Assembly: GCA_937139515.1 (NCBI GenBank)
Contig: CAKZQI010000174.1
Coordinates: 1 to 48,260, forward strand
From: an uncultured Armatimonadetes bacterium
GTDB lineage: Bacteria > Armatimonadota > Fimbriimonadia > Fimbriimonadales > GBS-DC
Length of the DNA: 48,260 bases
Direction: 5' to 3'
How positions within the stretch are numbered: the stretch's first letter is position 1; each line of letters starts with the position of its first letter. A program made the translations under genes and the position numbers. Below, one piece after another: positions 1 through 8,605 of this stretch. The notes beneath the pieces are model-generated. The model did not search any database and was not told the origin of the DNA. It saw only the letters and a program-made list of their open reading frames with translations.

Positions 1-1962
1 CCCATGAGAAAGTGGTTCAACACGAACTACCACTACCTCGTCTCGGACATCCCCGTGAGCCAGTGGTTCGGAACGAACCAGTTCTACTCAGCAACTGAGA
101 TTCCGAAGCCCGCTCAATTCACGCTCCACTGGCGCAAGCCACTGGAAGCCTTCCAGAAGCACATGCAGGGCTATCCTTACCTTATCGGTCCCTACACCTT
201 CCTGCGCCTGAGCCGAGGTGTAGAGATAGAGCAACTGCCTGCAGTACTGGAACAGCTTTTGCCCGTGTATGTAGAAATGCTGAGCGAACTGCAAAACGCT
301 GGGGCAGAATATGTCCACATAGATGAACCCGCCTTTGCGATGGATGTACCAGAAAGCCATGTGCAGGCAATCCAGTCGGCTTACAAGACGCTGGGCACCC
401 AAGCGAAGTTGCTGGTGTTCGCTTACTACGACAGCATAGATTTCCTGCGCGCACTCTATGACACGCCGATTGCAGGGATCGGTTTAGACCTCATCCGAGG
501 CAAGGCGAACCTCAGCCACCTGAGCCAACACGGTTTCCCCAGCGACAAAATCCTGATTGCAGGCGTGGTAGATGGGCAAAATGTGTGGAAGACCGACTTG
601 GCGAAGACCGCCGAGCAGGTGCGCCAACTCCAATCCCAGACGGGAGCCGAGGTCTGGATAGCGAACTCGGCACCGCTGTTCCACCTGCCCGTCACGGTCG
701 CCCCAGAAGAACAGTTAGACCCTGCGCTGAAAGAGCGCATCGCCTTCGCTAAGGAGCGACTGCAAGAACTGCGCCTGCTGAAACAACTCCTGACGGGCGA
801 AGCAGGCGAGGAGGCAAGCGCGTGGAACACCTATCAACACTCCACCGACCCCTGGTACTCGTCTGCGGTTCAAGAGCGCGTAGCGAACCTCCAAGAATCG
901 GACTTCCAGCGCGACCTGCCCTACAAAGAGCGTGTCAAGCTCCAGCGGGAACGCCTACCCCTGCCTCCTCTGCCCACCACGACCATCGGGAGCTTCCCCC
1001 AGACGCCCGAAGTGCGCCAGATGCGCCAAGCCTACCGCTCCAGCAAAATCGCGGCGGAGGAATACGAGCGCTTCATTCAAGAGCAAATCCAAAAAGTAAT
1101 CGCCTTCCAAGAAGAAATCGGGCTGGATGTGCTGGTACACGGCGAGTTTGAGCGCACCGATATGGTGGAGTTCTTTGGCGAAAAGATGGAAGGGATCGCC
1201 TTCACCCAGCAGGGCTGGCTCCTCTCCTACGGCACACGGGTCTATCGCCCGCCGATTATCTACGGCGATGTGTCGCGCCCTCACCCGATGACCGTCAAAG
1301 AAATCACCTACGCCCAATCGCTGACCCAGAAGCCGATGAAGGGCATGCTGACCGGTCCTGTGACGATTATCGCTTGGAGCTTCGTGCGCGAGGACATCCC
1401 CGTAGAGCAGGTCGCCTACCAAATTGCGCTAGCTATCCAAGACGAGGTGCGCGACCTGGAGAACGCAGGCATCAAGGTCATCCAGATCGACGAAGCTGCG
1501 TTCCGCGAGTTGGCACCGCTCAAGCGGGCGCACTGGGACGAGTACTTCCGATGGGCAACGCGCTCGTTCCGACTGGCATCGCGTGCCAAACCCGAAACCC
1601 AGCTCCATACTCACATGTGCTACTCCGAGTTTACGACCGTCCTGCCGTATATTGACCAGATGGACGCCGATGTGATTACGATCGAGGCGACACGCTCCAA
1701 GGGCGAGGTAATCGGCGCCTTTGAACACTACAACTACGAGCGCCAAATCGGTCCAGGGGTGTACGACATTCACTCGCCTGCCATCCCCAGCGTCGAGTCC
1801 ATCCAGCAGATTATTGAGCGGGCGGTGCGGGTGTTCCCCCCAGAGCAGTTCTGGGTGAACCCCGACTGTGGCTTGAAGACGCGCAAATGGGAAGAGGTGG
1901 AGCCTGCCCTGCGCCATATGGTTCAGGCAACCCAGACGATGCGCCAAAAGCTCGCGCCGTAG
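1..1962 (+). CDS. metE: Cobalamin-independent methionine synthase (5-methyltetrahydropteroyltriglutamate--homocysteine methyltransferase), 5' end cut by window edge
   Basis: The ORF is open from base 1. Two Meth_synt halves are present, with characteristic motifs KWFNTNYHY, IDEPA, HTHMCYSEF and NPDCGLKTR. The window starts about 110 codons into a normal MetE. Confidence 0.9.
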   Translation, partial: PMRKWFNTNYHYLVSDIPVSQWFGTNQFYSATEIPKPAQFTLHWRKPLEAFQKHMQGYPYLIGPYTFLRLSRGVEIEQLPAVLEQLLPVYVEMLSELQNAGAEYVHIDEPAFAMDVPESHVQAIQSAYKTLGTQAKLLVFAYYDSIDFLRALYDTPIAGIGLDLIRGKANLSHLSQHGFPSDKILIAGVVDGQNVWKTDLAKTAEQVRQLQSQTGAEVWIANSAPLFHLPVTVAPEEQLDPALKERIAFAKERLQELRLLKQLLTGEAGEEASAWNTYQHSTDPWYSSAVQERVANLQESDFQRDLPYKERVKLQRERLPLPPLPTTTIGSFPQTPEVRQMRQAYRSSKIAAEEYERFIQEQIQKVIAFQEEIGLDVLVHGEFERTDMVEFFGEKMEGIAFTQQGWLLSYGTRVYRPPIIYGDVSRPHPMTVKEITYAQSLTQKPMKGMLTGPVTIIAWSFVREDIPVEQVAYQIALAIQDEVRDLENAGIKVIQIDEAAFRELAPLKRAHWDEYFRWATRSFRLASRAKPETQLHTHMCYSEFTTVLPYIDQMDADVITIEATRSKGEVIGAFEHYNYERQIGPGVYDIHSPAIPSVESIQQIIERAVRVFPPEQFWVNPDCGLKTRKWEEVEPALRHMVQATQTMRQKLAP

Positions 1963-1983
1963 CCGTTCGGGTATTGTATCCCT

Positions 1984-3108
1984 ATGCGACGCTTCGTATG
2001 GCTATGCGGTCTAATCTTGCTGTGGAGTGCGGTGTGGGCACAGCCTGCCGACCGAATTAACGCAGGCGATAAAGTGCGCATCACGGTGGAGGGGGACGCC
2101 TCGCTCTCGCGAGTCTACACGATTGATGCCCAGGGCAACCTCACGATGCCCCTGATCGGCAGCCTGCCCGCCAGCGGGCGCACCCCCACCGAACTGGCAA
2201 CCGAAATCGCCAAACGGCTCCGCGAGGGCAACTTCATCCGCGACCCAAAGGTCTCCGTTGAGATTGTGGAGCAGGCGAAAGCGCTCGTATCGGTGACGGG
2301 CGCTGTGCGTCGGGCGGGTGAGTTTGAACTGCGTGCAGGATGGCGATTGGCAGACGCCCTGCGTGAAGCCGAACCGACCAGCGTGGCAGACCTGAGTGCC
2401 GTACGACTGGAACGACTGGACGGCACACGCCAGACCATCAACCACCTCCGCTTCGTTCAGGAGGGTGATGAGGGAGGCAACCCGCTCCTGCAAGCGGGCG
2501 ACCGAATCTTTGTGCCCTTGTCGCCTGCGGGGCAAAATGTACTGGTGCTGGGAGCGGTGCGTTCTCCGGGAACTTACCCCATCCGTGAAGCGCGCACGCT
2601 CCTTGAGGCGTTGGGGCGCGCCGGCGGGACACTCCCGAATGCAGACACTGTCCAAGTCACCATCCGACGCGCCAACCAAGCCGAGCCGACGCGCATCAAC
2701 CTCAACACCCTCACAGGCGATATAGAACTCCAACCGGGCGACCAGATTACTGTGCCCTATCAGGCGACGCGCCAGTTCGTGGTGGTGCGCGGGGGCGTAC
2801 GCAACCCAGGCTTGGTCAACTATGTGGAGGGCATGACGCTCACCCAAGCGGTTGATGCAGCGGGCGGTCCAATCGCCGAGGCGCGCTTGGAGCGGGTGCT
2901 CATCTTGCGCCCCCAACCGCAGGGCAACCCGCGCCGTATCACGGTGAACCTGCTGGAGGTCGCTCAGGGCACGCGCCCTGATGAACTTATCCAACCGGGC
3001 GACACAGTGGAAGTACCTGCCATCACTCGGCGCACTACCTCGCCCGAAGAGCCGCTTCGGGTGGTGTGGTTGATCCTGAGCATCATCTTCCTCATCACAC
3101 GGCGCTAG
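1984..3108 (+). CDS. Polysaccharide export protein (Wza-like, Poly_export + SLBB repeats)
   Basis: N-terminal signal peptide (LILLWSAVWAQ). Poly_export-like segment GDKVRITVEGD...GNLTMPLIGSLPASGRTPTELATEIAKRL. Three SLBB-like units (GAVRRAGEF, GAVRSPGTY, GGVRNPGLV). C-terminal hydrophobic helix. Confidence 0.8.
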   Translation: MRRFVWLCGLILLWSAVWAQPADRINAGDKVRITVEGDASLSRVYTIDAQGNLTMPLIGSLPASGRTPTELATEIAKRLREGNFIRDPKVSVEIVEQAKALVSVTGAVRRAGEFELRAGWRLADALREAEPTSVADLSAVRLERLDGTRQTINHLRFVQEGDEGGNPLLQAGDRIFVPLSPAGQNVLVLGAVRSPGTYPIREARTLLEALGRAGGTLPNADTVQVTIRRANQAEPTRINLNTLTGDIELQPGDQITVPYQATRQFVVVRGGVRNPGLVNYVEGMTLTQAVDAAGGPIAEARLERVLILRPQPQGNPRRITVNLLEVAQGTRPDELIQPGDTVEVPAITRRTTSPEEPLRVVWLILSIIFLITRR

Positions 3109-3141
3109 TAAGGCTTCAGTGAGTTAGTTATCCTTTGGTTT

Positions 3142-3173
3142 CCCTCTCCCGTGGCGTCGGGGGAGGGTTTATT
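3142..3173 (+). terminator. Putative intrinsic terminator after the export gene
   Basis: The GC hairpin ccctctccc-gtggcgtc-gggggaggg is followed directly by tttatt, about 35 nt after the stop codon. It also belongs to the GC-hairpin repeat family. Confidence 0.45.
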
Positions 3174-3221
3174 CGCGAGGGCTACAATCAACCTCAGATA
3201 GGGGTACGCCTGATTGAGTTT

Positions 3222-3375
3222 CGGCTTGCAAAACGCCTAACCACTTTTAGACGCAGGCGGTAGCACTGAGCAGTAAGTTTCGCCTCAACCCGAACGCCCA
3301 CCTTGTCACCCTGAGCGAAGCGAAGGGTCTGAGCTTTGAGTGGCGTTGAGATTCTTCGCTTCGCTCAGAAGGACA
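3222..3375. repeat. Composite ~155-bp MITE/REP-like element (family 1, long form)
   Basis: Aligns along its length with 37024..37187: ttgagtt..ttgcaaaacgcct..ccacttttaga.gca.gcggtagcac..agcag...acccgaa..gcccacc.tgtcaccctgagcgaagcgaagggtct..gagattcttcgcttcgctcaga.gaca. The 3' part is an imperfect palindrome (ctgagcgaagcgaag / cttcgcttcgctcag). Confidence 0.85.
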
Positions 3376-3409
3376 GAAAGGGGGTGTCAGAATGACGATC
3401 CCCCCACCC

Positions 3410-3482
3410 TGTCACCCTGAGCGTCAGCGAAGGGGCCCTGTCTTGAGTTTCGCTGAGATTCTTCGCTTCGCTCAGAAGAACA
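3410..3482. repeat. Family 1 palindromic element (short form)
   Basis: tgtcaccctgagcgtcagcgaagg...gagattcttcgcttcgctcagaagaaca. It has the same arms as the other copies. Confidence 0.85.
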
Positions 3483-3580
3483 GTGGGAGTCGAGAAGGCT
3501 AACGAACGGGCATCAAAGTAGGGACGGGTTGGCATAATTTTGAACTCAAGGGATGTACTCTTGTCAGGAGAGGGTAGGGG

Positions 3581-5281
3581 GTGAGATCAACCCCGCAGTG
3601 TCGGAAGATAGGCAGAAAGAGCAAAACGAGGCGGATTCTTTCCTTCTCCAACCCTCTAGCCATAGGGTACAATAACCGTGTGAAACTTTTGCGCACTTTC
3701 GGATTGTGGCTCTTGGTGGTGTCCGTCGCTTCTGCCGACCGCACCACCTGGATGAGCCGCGCAGAAACCATCACCGCCAACAGCTTGCAAGCCCACTTAG
3801 AGTTCATCGCCTCTGACGCTCTGGAAGGTCGCGATACGCCCTCGCGCGGATTGGATATCGCTGGACTGTACATCGTGGCACACCTCAAACGCTGGGGGGT
3901 CAAGCCCGGAGGCGAGAACGGCACCTACTTCCAACCGCTCATCTACCGAACGGATACCCTCCGCCCCGACGAGACCCAATTGCGCATCGCTGGGCGCGAG
4001 TTCCGATACGGTACAGACTTCGTGGCGCGCCCTGTCGCACTCAACGGCTCCGCCCCGATGGTCTTCGTCGGCAACGGATGGTCAAACCCCCAAGCAGGTG
4101 TAGACCCCTACGCTAACCTTGAGGTGAAGGGCAAGGTGATGATTGTCGTGGCGGGCTATCCCCGCGAAGTGGTGCAGATGGGCTTAGAACGCGCGGGTGA
4201 GGTAGGGTGGCTCAGCCCCGAACAAAACGCTGAACAGCTGGGCGCGCTCGCTATCGTGCGGATCGATACAACCGATATGGAGCGCTTTGACCGCCTCGCA
4301 CGCCAGTGGTCAACTCGGCGAAGCGTGGAGGGATTGCAAACAACCACTCAAGTACCCACCCTCGTCGCCTCCATGAACTTGCTGAACCTGCTGTTCTCCG
4401 ACGAACCGCTCTCTGCCCAAGAGATTATCCGCCGAGCCGAGGCGCGGGAACCGCTCAGCTCGTTCGCCCTCAATCCGAACAAGAGCCTCCAAATTCAAAT
4501 CAGCGCCGAGACCAAACGCGAGAAAGCGAACACGGTTATCGGTATCGTTGAGGGTTCCGACCCTGTGCTGAAAAACGAGTATGTCTCGCTAGGCGCACAC
4601 TTAGACCATGTGGGCGTTGGACGCGCCGACGCGCAGGGCGACACCATCTACAACGGCGCTGACGACAACGGCTCCGGCTCGGTCGCCCTGCTTGGGATTG
4701 CCGAAGCGCTGGCGAAGGGACCTCGCCCCAAACGCTCGGTGCTGTTCCTTTGGTACGCGGGCGAGGAGAAGGGACTGTTAGGCTCTCGGCTCTTCGTGGA
4801 GCGACCCACCGTGCCGTTAGACCGTATCATCGTGAACATCAACTTAGATATGGTCGGGCGCAGTCTTCAGCAGGGCGACTCGAACCCGCGCAACCGCGAA
4901 CTCTCCAAGCCGAACGAGATTTATGTCATCGGTCCACGCACCGCCAGCCCCGACCTTGGCAAGGTGCTCAACGACATCAACGACAACTACCTACGCTTGA
5001 GCTTGAACCCGATGTACGATGCGTTGAACCACCCTGAACAGCTCTATTTCCGAAGCGACCACTATAGCTTCGTGAGCAAGGGTATTCCCGCCGTTTTCTT
5101 CTTCTCTGGGCTTCACGAGGACTATCACCGCACCACAGACCATGTGGACAAGATAGACTTTGAGAAGATGGAGAAGGTCTCACGCACCGTGTTCGGGCTG
5201 GCTTGGGAGTTAGCCGACGCGCCCGAACGCCCAGCACGCGTGAATGTGCAAGAGCTACTCAGTAAAATAACTACTCAATAA
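3581..5281 (+). CDS. M28 family metallo-aminopeptidase with PA domain (secreted)
   Basis: Zn-ligand motifs HLDHVG, GADDNGSGSVALLGIAEAL, WYAGEEKGLLGS, NLDMVGR and SDHYSF. A GTG at 3581 follows an aggaga SD. An alternative GTG at 3680 would start at the signal peptide VKLLRTFGLWLLVVSVASA. Confidence 0.85.
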   Translation: MRSTPQCRKIGRKSKTRRILSFSNPLAIGYNNRVKLLRTFGLWLLVVSVASADRTTWMSRAETITANSLQAHLEFIASDALEGRDTPSRGLDIAGLYIVAHLKRWGVKPGGENGTYFQPLIYRTDTLRPDETQLRIAGREFRYGTDFVARPVALNGSAPMVFVGNGWSNPQAGVDPYANLEVKGKVMIVVAGYPREVVQMGLERAGEVGWLSPEQNAEQLGALAIVRIDTTDMERFDRLARQWSTRRSVEGLQTTTQVPTLVASMNLLNLLFSDEPLSAQEIIRRAEAREPLSSFALNPNKSLQIQISAETKREKANTVIGIVEGSDPVLKNEYVSLGAHLDHVGVGRADAQGDTIYNGADDNGSGSVALLGIAEALAKGPRPKRSVLFLWYAGEEKGLLGSRLFVERPTVPLDRIIVNINLDMVGRSLQQGDSNPRNRELSKPNEIYVIGPRTASPDLGKVLNDINDNYLRLSLNPMYDALNHPEQLYFRSDHYSFVSKGIPAVFFFSGLHEDYHRTTDHVDKIDFEKMEKVSRTVFGLAWELADAPERPARVNVQELLSKITTQ

Positions 5282-5294
5282 TAAGGTGAGAGCT

Positions 5295-5813
5295 ATGAGC
5301 CAGACGACCCTGACGATGGAACAAGTTGCCGAGGCATTGGAGCGCGCTCTGGAGCGCTTTCACATCCCGTTTGACGCCGAGCGCTTCGCTTGGGAGGGAA
5401 TTATCCCGCGTGAGTACAAAGAGTACACTGGCGAAGCGCGCGGGATGGGCTGGCGCGGTATCACCCGCTTCAGCTTGGGACGCCCCCCGATGATTGACGC
5501 CAAGTTCGCTCTGCGCTACTTTGAGATTGAGCCTGAGGGCTACTCCAGCTTAGAAAAACACACCCATGTCCACCTTGTCGTGGCTTTGCGTGGGCAGGGG
5601 CGCGCACTGGTGGGCAACCGCGTGTTTGAACTCAAACCCCACGACATCGTCTATGTGCCCTCCAGCACGCCCCACCGTTGGCTCAACCCCTACAGCGAGC
5701 CGTTCGGTTTTCTGTGCGTCGTGGATGCCGACCGCGACCGCCCGCGCCCCGTCGCCGAGTCGGAATGGGAAGCCCTCAAAAACAATCCCGAAACAGCGCC
5801 CTATGTTTTTTAA
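5295..5813 (+). CDS. Cupin domain protein
   Basis: Cupin motifs EKHTHVHLVVALRG...ELKPHDIVYVPSSTPHRW. The ATG at 5295 is preceded by aaggtgag. Confidence 0.7.
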   Translation: MSQTTLTMEQVAEALERALERFHIPFDAERFAWEGIIPREYKEYTGEARGMGWRGITRFSLGRPPMIDAKFALRYFEIEPEGYSSLEKHTHVHLVVALRGQGRALVGNRVFELKPHDIVYVPSSTPHRWLNPYSEPFGFLCVVDADRDRPRPVAESEWEALKNNPETAPYVF

Positions 5814-5814
5814 C

Positions 5815-5844
5815 AAACGGCAGGGCTGATAAGCTCTGCCGTTT
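5815..5844 (+). terminator. Weak candidate terminator hairpin
   Basis: 9-bp stem aaacggcag / ctgccgttt with a 12-nt loop just after the cupin stop codon. The downstream tract is A-rich rather than U-rich. Confidence 0.3.
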
Positions 5845-5873
5845 CAAATAAAAAATACACGGAGGTATGACCG

Positions 5874-6254
5874 ATGAAACAAATCGTGTTGCTGTGTGGA
5901 GTTCTGCTACTTGCTGTAGCGTTCACTCAAGCCTACTACGACATCACTGTCGGAGGCAAGTTTATCTTCCGATTGCGAGCGGGAACGGCGACGATGTCGC
6001 TCCAAGAGCGTGCCCGCCAAGTGGAGGAACGCCTGATTGAGATTCTTGGACAACCGGTGCGCTCTGAGCAGATTACCCTGCGCGAAGTGAAGAAAGACTA
6101 TCAGTACGAAATCTATGTGCGCGGGCGACTGCTTATCACGGTACTGCCCGAAGATGGACGCGCCGAGAACACCACCGTAAGCCGAGTGGCGAACCGCTGG
6201 CTGGAACAACTGCGCAGAAACCTACCGCCCGTCAGCGCCAATCCACCTAACTAA
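5874..6254 (+). CDS. Hypothetical secreted protein
   Basis: ATG follows a cggagg SD. Signal peptide MKQIVLLCGVLLLAVAFTQA. No recognisable domain. Confidence 0.6.
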   Translation: MKQIVLLCGVLLLAVAFTQAYYDITVGGKFIFRLRAGTATMSLQERARQVEERLIEILGQPVRSEQITLREVKKDYQYEIYVRGRLLITVLPEDGRAENTTVSRVANRWLEQLRRNLPPVSANPPN

Positions 6255-6302
6255 GCCATAAGGCTTCTGCGAGCAATAATATCCACGGAGGATAACGCAA
6301 CG

Positions 6303-7490
6303 ATGCAAACCGCACTTCACGAGCCTTTGCGCTTAGAGGATTATGTAGTCCATCCAGAGCGGGGGTTCTTACCCCCGCAAGACCCGCTCCCACGCCTCCC
6401 CGACCCCTACTACGAGCCGTGGGAAGCAATTGCGCACGACCTGCCCAAACTGTTAGTGGCAGGACGCGTCCGCAAGGCTGTTAATCAGATACCCTTGCTC
6501 AGCACCGAACGGCTCCACACCGAGGCGGAGTGGCGTCGGGCGATGCTCATCCTATCTTACATCGGGCACGGGTATGTGTGGAATGGGGAGACTCCGCCCG
6601 AGTCCATCCCTGCGAACCTCGCCGGGCCCTGGTACGCCGTCAGCGAGCGGTTGGGGCGACCGCCAGTGCTGTCCTATGCCTCGTACGCTCTGGATAACTG
6701 GCGACGGTTTGACCCCAGCGAGCCAATCGCTTTGGGCAACATCGCCCTGCTCCAGAACTTCTTGGCGGGCTTAGACGAAGAGTGGTTCATCCTCATCCAT
6801 GTGGATATTGAGGCGCGTGCGAGCGATGCCCTGCGAGTCATCCCCCAAGCGTTGGAGCAAGCGGAACGGCGCGACCTGCGCGCCCTCACCCAATCGCTCC
6901 TACAGGTTGCCACGACTTTGGAGGCGATGTACGCCACGCTGGCACGCATGCCCGAAGCCTGCGACCCCTACATCTACTACAACCGCGTGCGCCCCTACAT
7001 TCACGGCTGGAAGAACAACCCCGCCCTCCCCAAAGGCTTAATCTACGAGGGGGTGGAAGCCTACAACGGACAGCCTCAAATGTTTCGGGGTGAGACGGGC
7101 GCGCAGAGCAGTATCGTCCCCACTCTGGATGGACTGCTCGGTATTGAACACGCCGAAGACCCGCTCCGAACCTACCTGATGGAGATGCGGTTCTATATGC
7201 CCCCTGCCCATCGGCGCTTCATCGAGGCGGTAGAGAATCGTTCCCAAGTGCGCCAGTGCGTGCTGGAAAGCGATGATGCCGACCTGCGCCACGCCTACAA
7301 CGCCTGCGTGGAGGGCGTGCATCGGTTCCGTGCGCTCCATCTGGAGTACGCGGCGCAGTACATCTACAAACAGCAAGCCAAGAGCGCCAAAAACCCCACC
7401 AAAGTCGGCACGGGGGGCACGCCATTTATGCGCTACCTCAAGAAACACCGCGACGAAAGCGAACAGCACAAGGTGCAGGTTGGAGGGTGA
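6303..7490 (+). CDS. Indoleamine 2,3-dioxygenase (IDO) family heme dioxygenase
   Basis: The C-terminal half parallels human IDO1 as I recall it: GETGAQSS (GGSAGQSS), YMPPAHRRFI (YMPPAHRNFL), LRHAYNACVEGVHRFRALHLEY ([22 protein letters not shown]), GTGGTPFMRYLK (GTGGTDLMNFLK). Confidence 0.85.
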   Translation: MQTALHEPLRLEDYVVHPERGFLPPQDPLPRLPDPYYEPWEAIAHDLPKLLVAGRVRKAVNQIPLLSTERLHTEAEWRRAMLILSYIGHGYVWNGETPPESIPANLAGPWYAVSERLGRPPVLSYASYALDNWRRFDPSEPIALGNIALLQNFLAGLDEEWFILIHVDIEARASDALRVIPQALEQAERRDLRALTQSLLQVATTLEAMYATLARMPEACDPYIYYNRVRPYIHGWKNNPALPKGLIYEGVEAYNGQPQMFRGETGAQSSIVPTLDGLLGIEHAEDPLRTYLMEMRFYMPPAHRRFIEAVENRSQVRQCVLESDDADLRHAYNACVEGVHRFRALHLEYAAQYIYKQQAKSAKNPTKVGTGGTPFMRYLKKHRDESEQHKVQVGG

Positions 7491-8554
7491 GCTTGAAGCG
7501 CTACGACACCGTCTGCTTGCTTCGCCCGGAAGATATACCGCCCTCCCATTCCAGCCTGCGGGTGATTAGCGCCTTCAATCCAGGGGTTGCGCAGGTGGGC
7601 GAGACGGTCTGGCTTCTGGTGCGCGTCGCCGAAGCGCCCGCCGAAACGCGCCCTGGTTCGGTCGGTCTTCCGCGCTATGTGCCGGGCGAACCTGAACCTG
7701 TCATCGACTGGCTCCCCGACACGGCGATTGAGCCGATTGACCCGCGCGTGGTGCGCCTACGTAAGGGGTATATTCGCCTCACCTTTGTCTCACACCTTCG
7801 GCTGGTGAAGCTGGACGAGAGCGGGAAGCGCGTGGAGTGGATTAGCCCCACCCCCGCCTTCCTGCCTGCAACCGAGTGGGAGACCTTCGGGGTGGAAGAC
7901 CCGCGCATCACTTGGCTGGAGGGAAAATACTACTTCACCTATGTGGCAGTCTCGCCTCATGGCGCCTGCACGGCGCTTGCCTCCACGACCGATTTTGTGC
8001 AGTTCACTCGGCATGGGATTATCTTCCCGCCGGAGAACAAAGATGTGCTGTTGTTCCCAGAGCGTGTCGGGGGCGAGTATGTAGCGCTCCACCGCCCGAA
8101 CCCCAACACCCACTTCCACGCTCCCGAAATGTGGCTCTCCTACTCGCCTGACCTCATCCGTTGGGGGCGACACCAACCCCTGTATGGAGGTGGACGCGCG
8201 TGGGAGGACGATCGCGTCGGGGGCAGCACCGTGCCCGTGCGCATCCCGCAGGGCTGGCTGGAAATCTACCACTCCAACCAGAAGAGCCCGACGGGCACAG
8301 GCGTCGGAACCTACACCGCCAGCGCGATGCTGTTGGATGCCGAGAACCCTGCTCAGGTGTTGGGCGTCTCGCGACAGCCTATCTTAGTCCCCGAAGCCGA
8401 ATTTGAACGACAGGGGTTCGTGCCGAATGTGGTGTTCCCGACGGGTATGGTGCTTCGCGATGACCGCGCCCTCATCTACTACGGCACCGCCGATACCTGC
8501 ACAGGGGTCGTGGAGCTGAGCCTGAAAGAGATTTTAGAAAGCCTCGGTGTTTGA
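7487..8554 (+). CDS. GH130 family glycoside phosphorylase/hydrolase (beta-mannoside type)
   Basis: FNPGVA...LLVRVAE, GVEDPRITWLEGKYYFTYVAVS, NKDVLLFPERVGGEYVALHRP, YYGTADT. The GTG start overlaps the IDO stop codon (GTGA). Confidence 0.8.
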   Translation: MSLKRYDTVCLLRPEDIPPSHSSLRVISAFNPGVAQVGETVWLLVRVAEAPAETRPGSVGLPRYVPGEPEPVIDWLPDTAIEPIDPRVVRLRKGYIRLTFVSHLRLVKLDESGKRVEWISPTPAFLPATEWETFGVEDPRITWLEGKYYFTYVAVSPHGACTALASTTDFVQFTRHGIIFPPENKDVLLFPERVGGEYVALHRPNPNTHFHAPEMWLSYSPDLIRWGRHQPLYGGGRAWEDDRVGGSTVPVRIPQGWLEIYHSNQKSPTGTGVGTYTASAMLLDAENPAQVLGVSRQPILVPEAEFERQGFVPNVVFPTGMVLRDDRALIYYGTADTCTGVVELSLKEILESLGV

Positions 8555-8568
8555 AAGGTGCTGGGAGC

Positions 8569-8598
8569 GGGGGCGTCTTCAAAGGGCTTATCGCCCCC
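8569..8598. terminator. Candidate bidirectional terminator hairpin between convergent genes
   Basis: gggggcg / cgccccc stem with a 16-nt loop, between the GH130 stop (8554) and the gltX stop (8606). No strong U-tract. Confidence 0.3.
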
Positions 8599-8605
8599 TT
8601 CAACT

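Noticed and set aside
2011-2994. Large antisense or off-frame ORFs opposite real genes, such as 2011-2994(-), 10187-11203(+), 11568-12296(+), 12972-13847(-), 14220-14930(-), 25559-26416(-), 28492-29625(-), 41589-42467(+), 42602-43546(+) and 47396-48064(-).
   Set aside because: They are shadow ORFs, expected in ~60% GC DNA. Their composition is Arg/Gly/Ala/His-rich with no motifs, and each is fully covered by a gene with clear family signatures on the other strand or frame.
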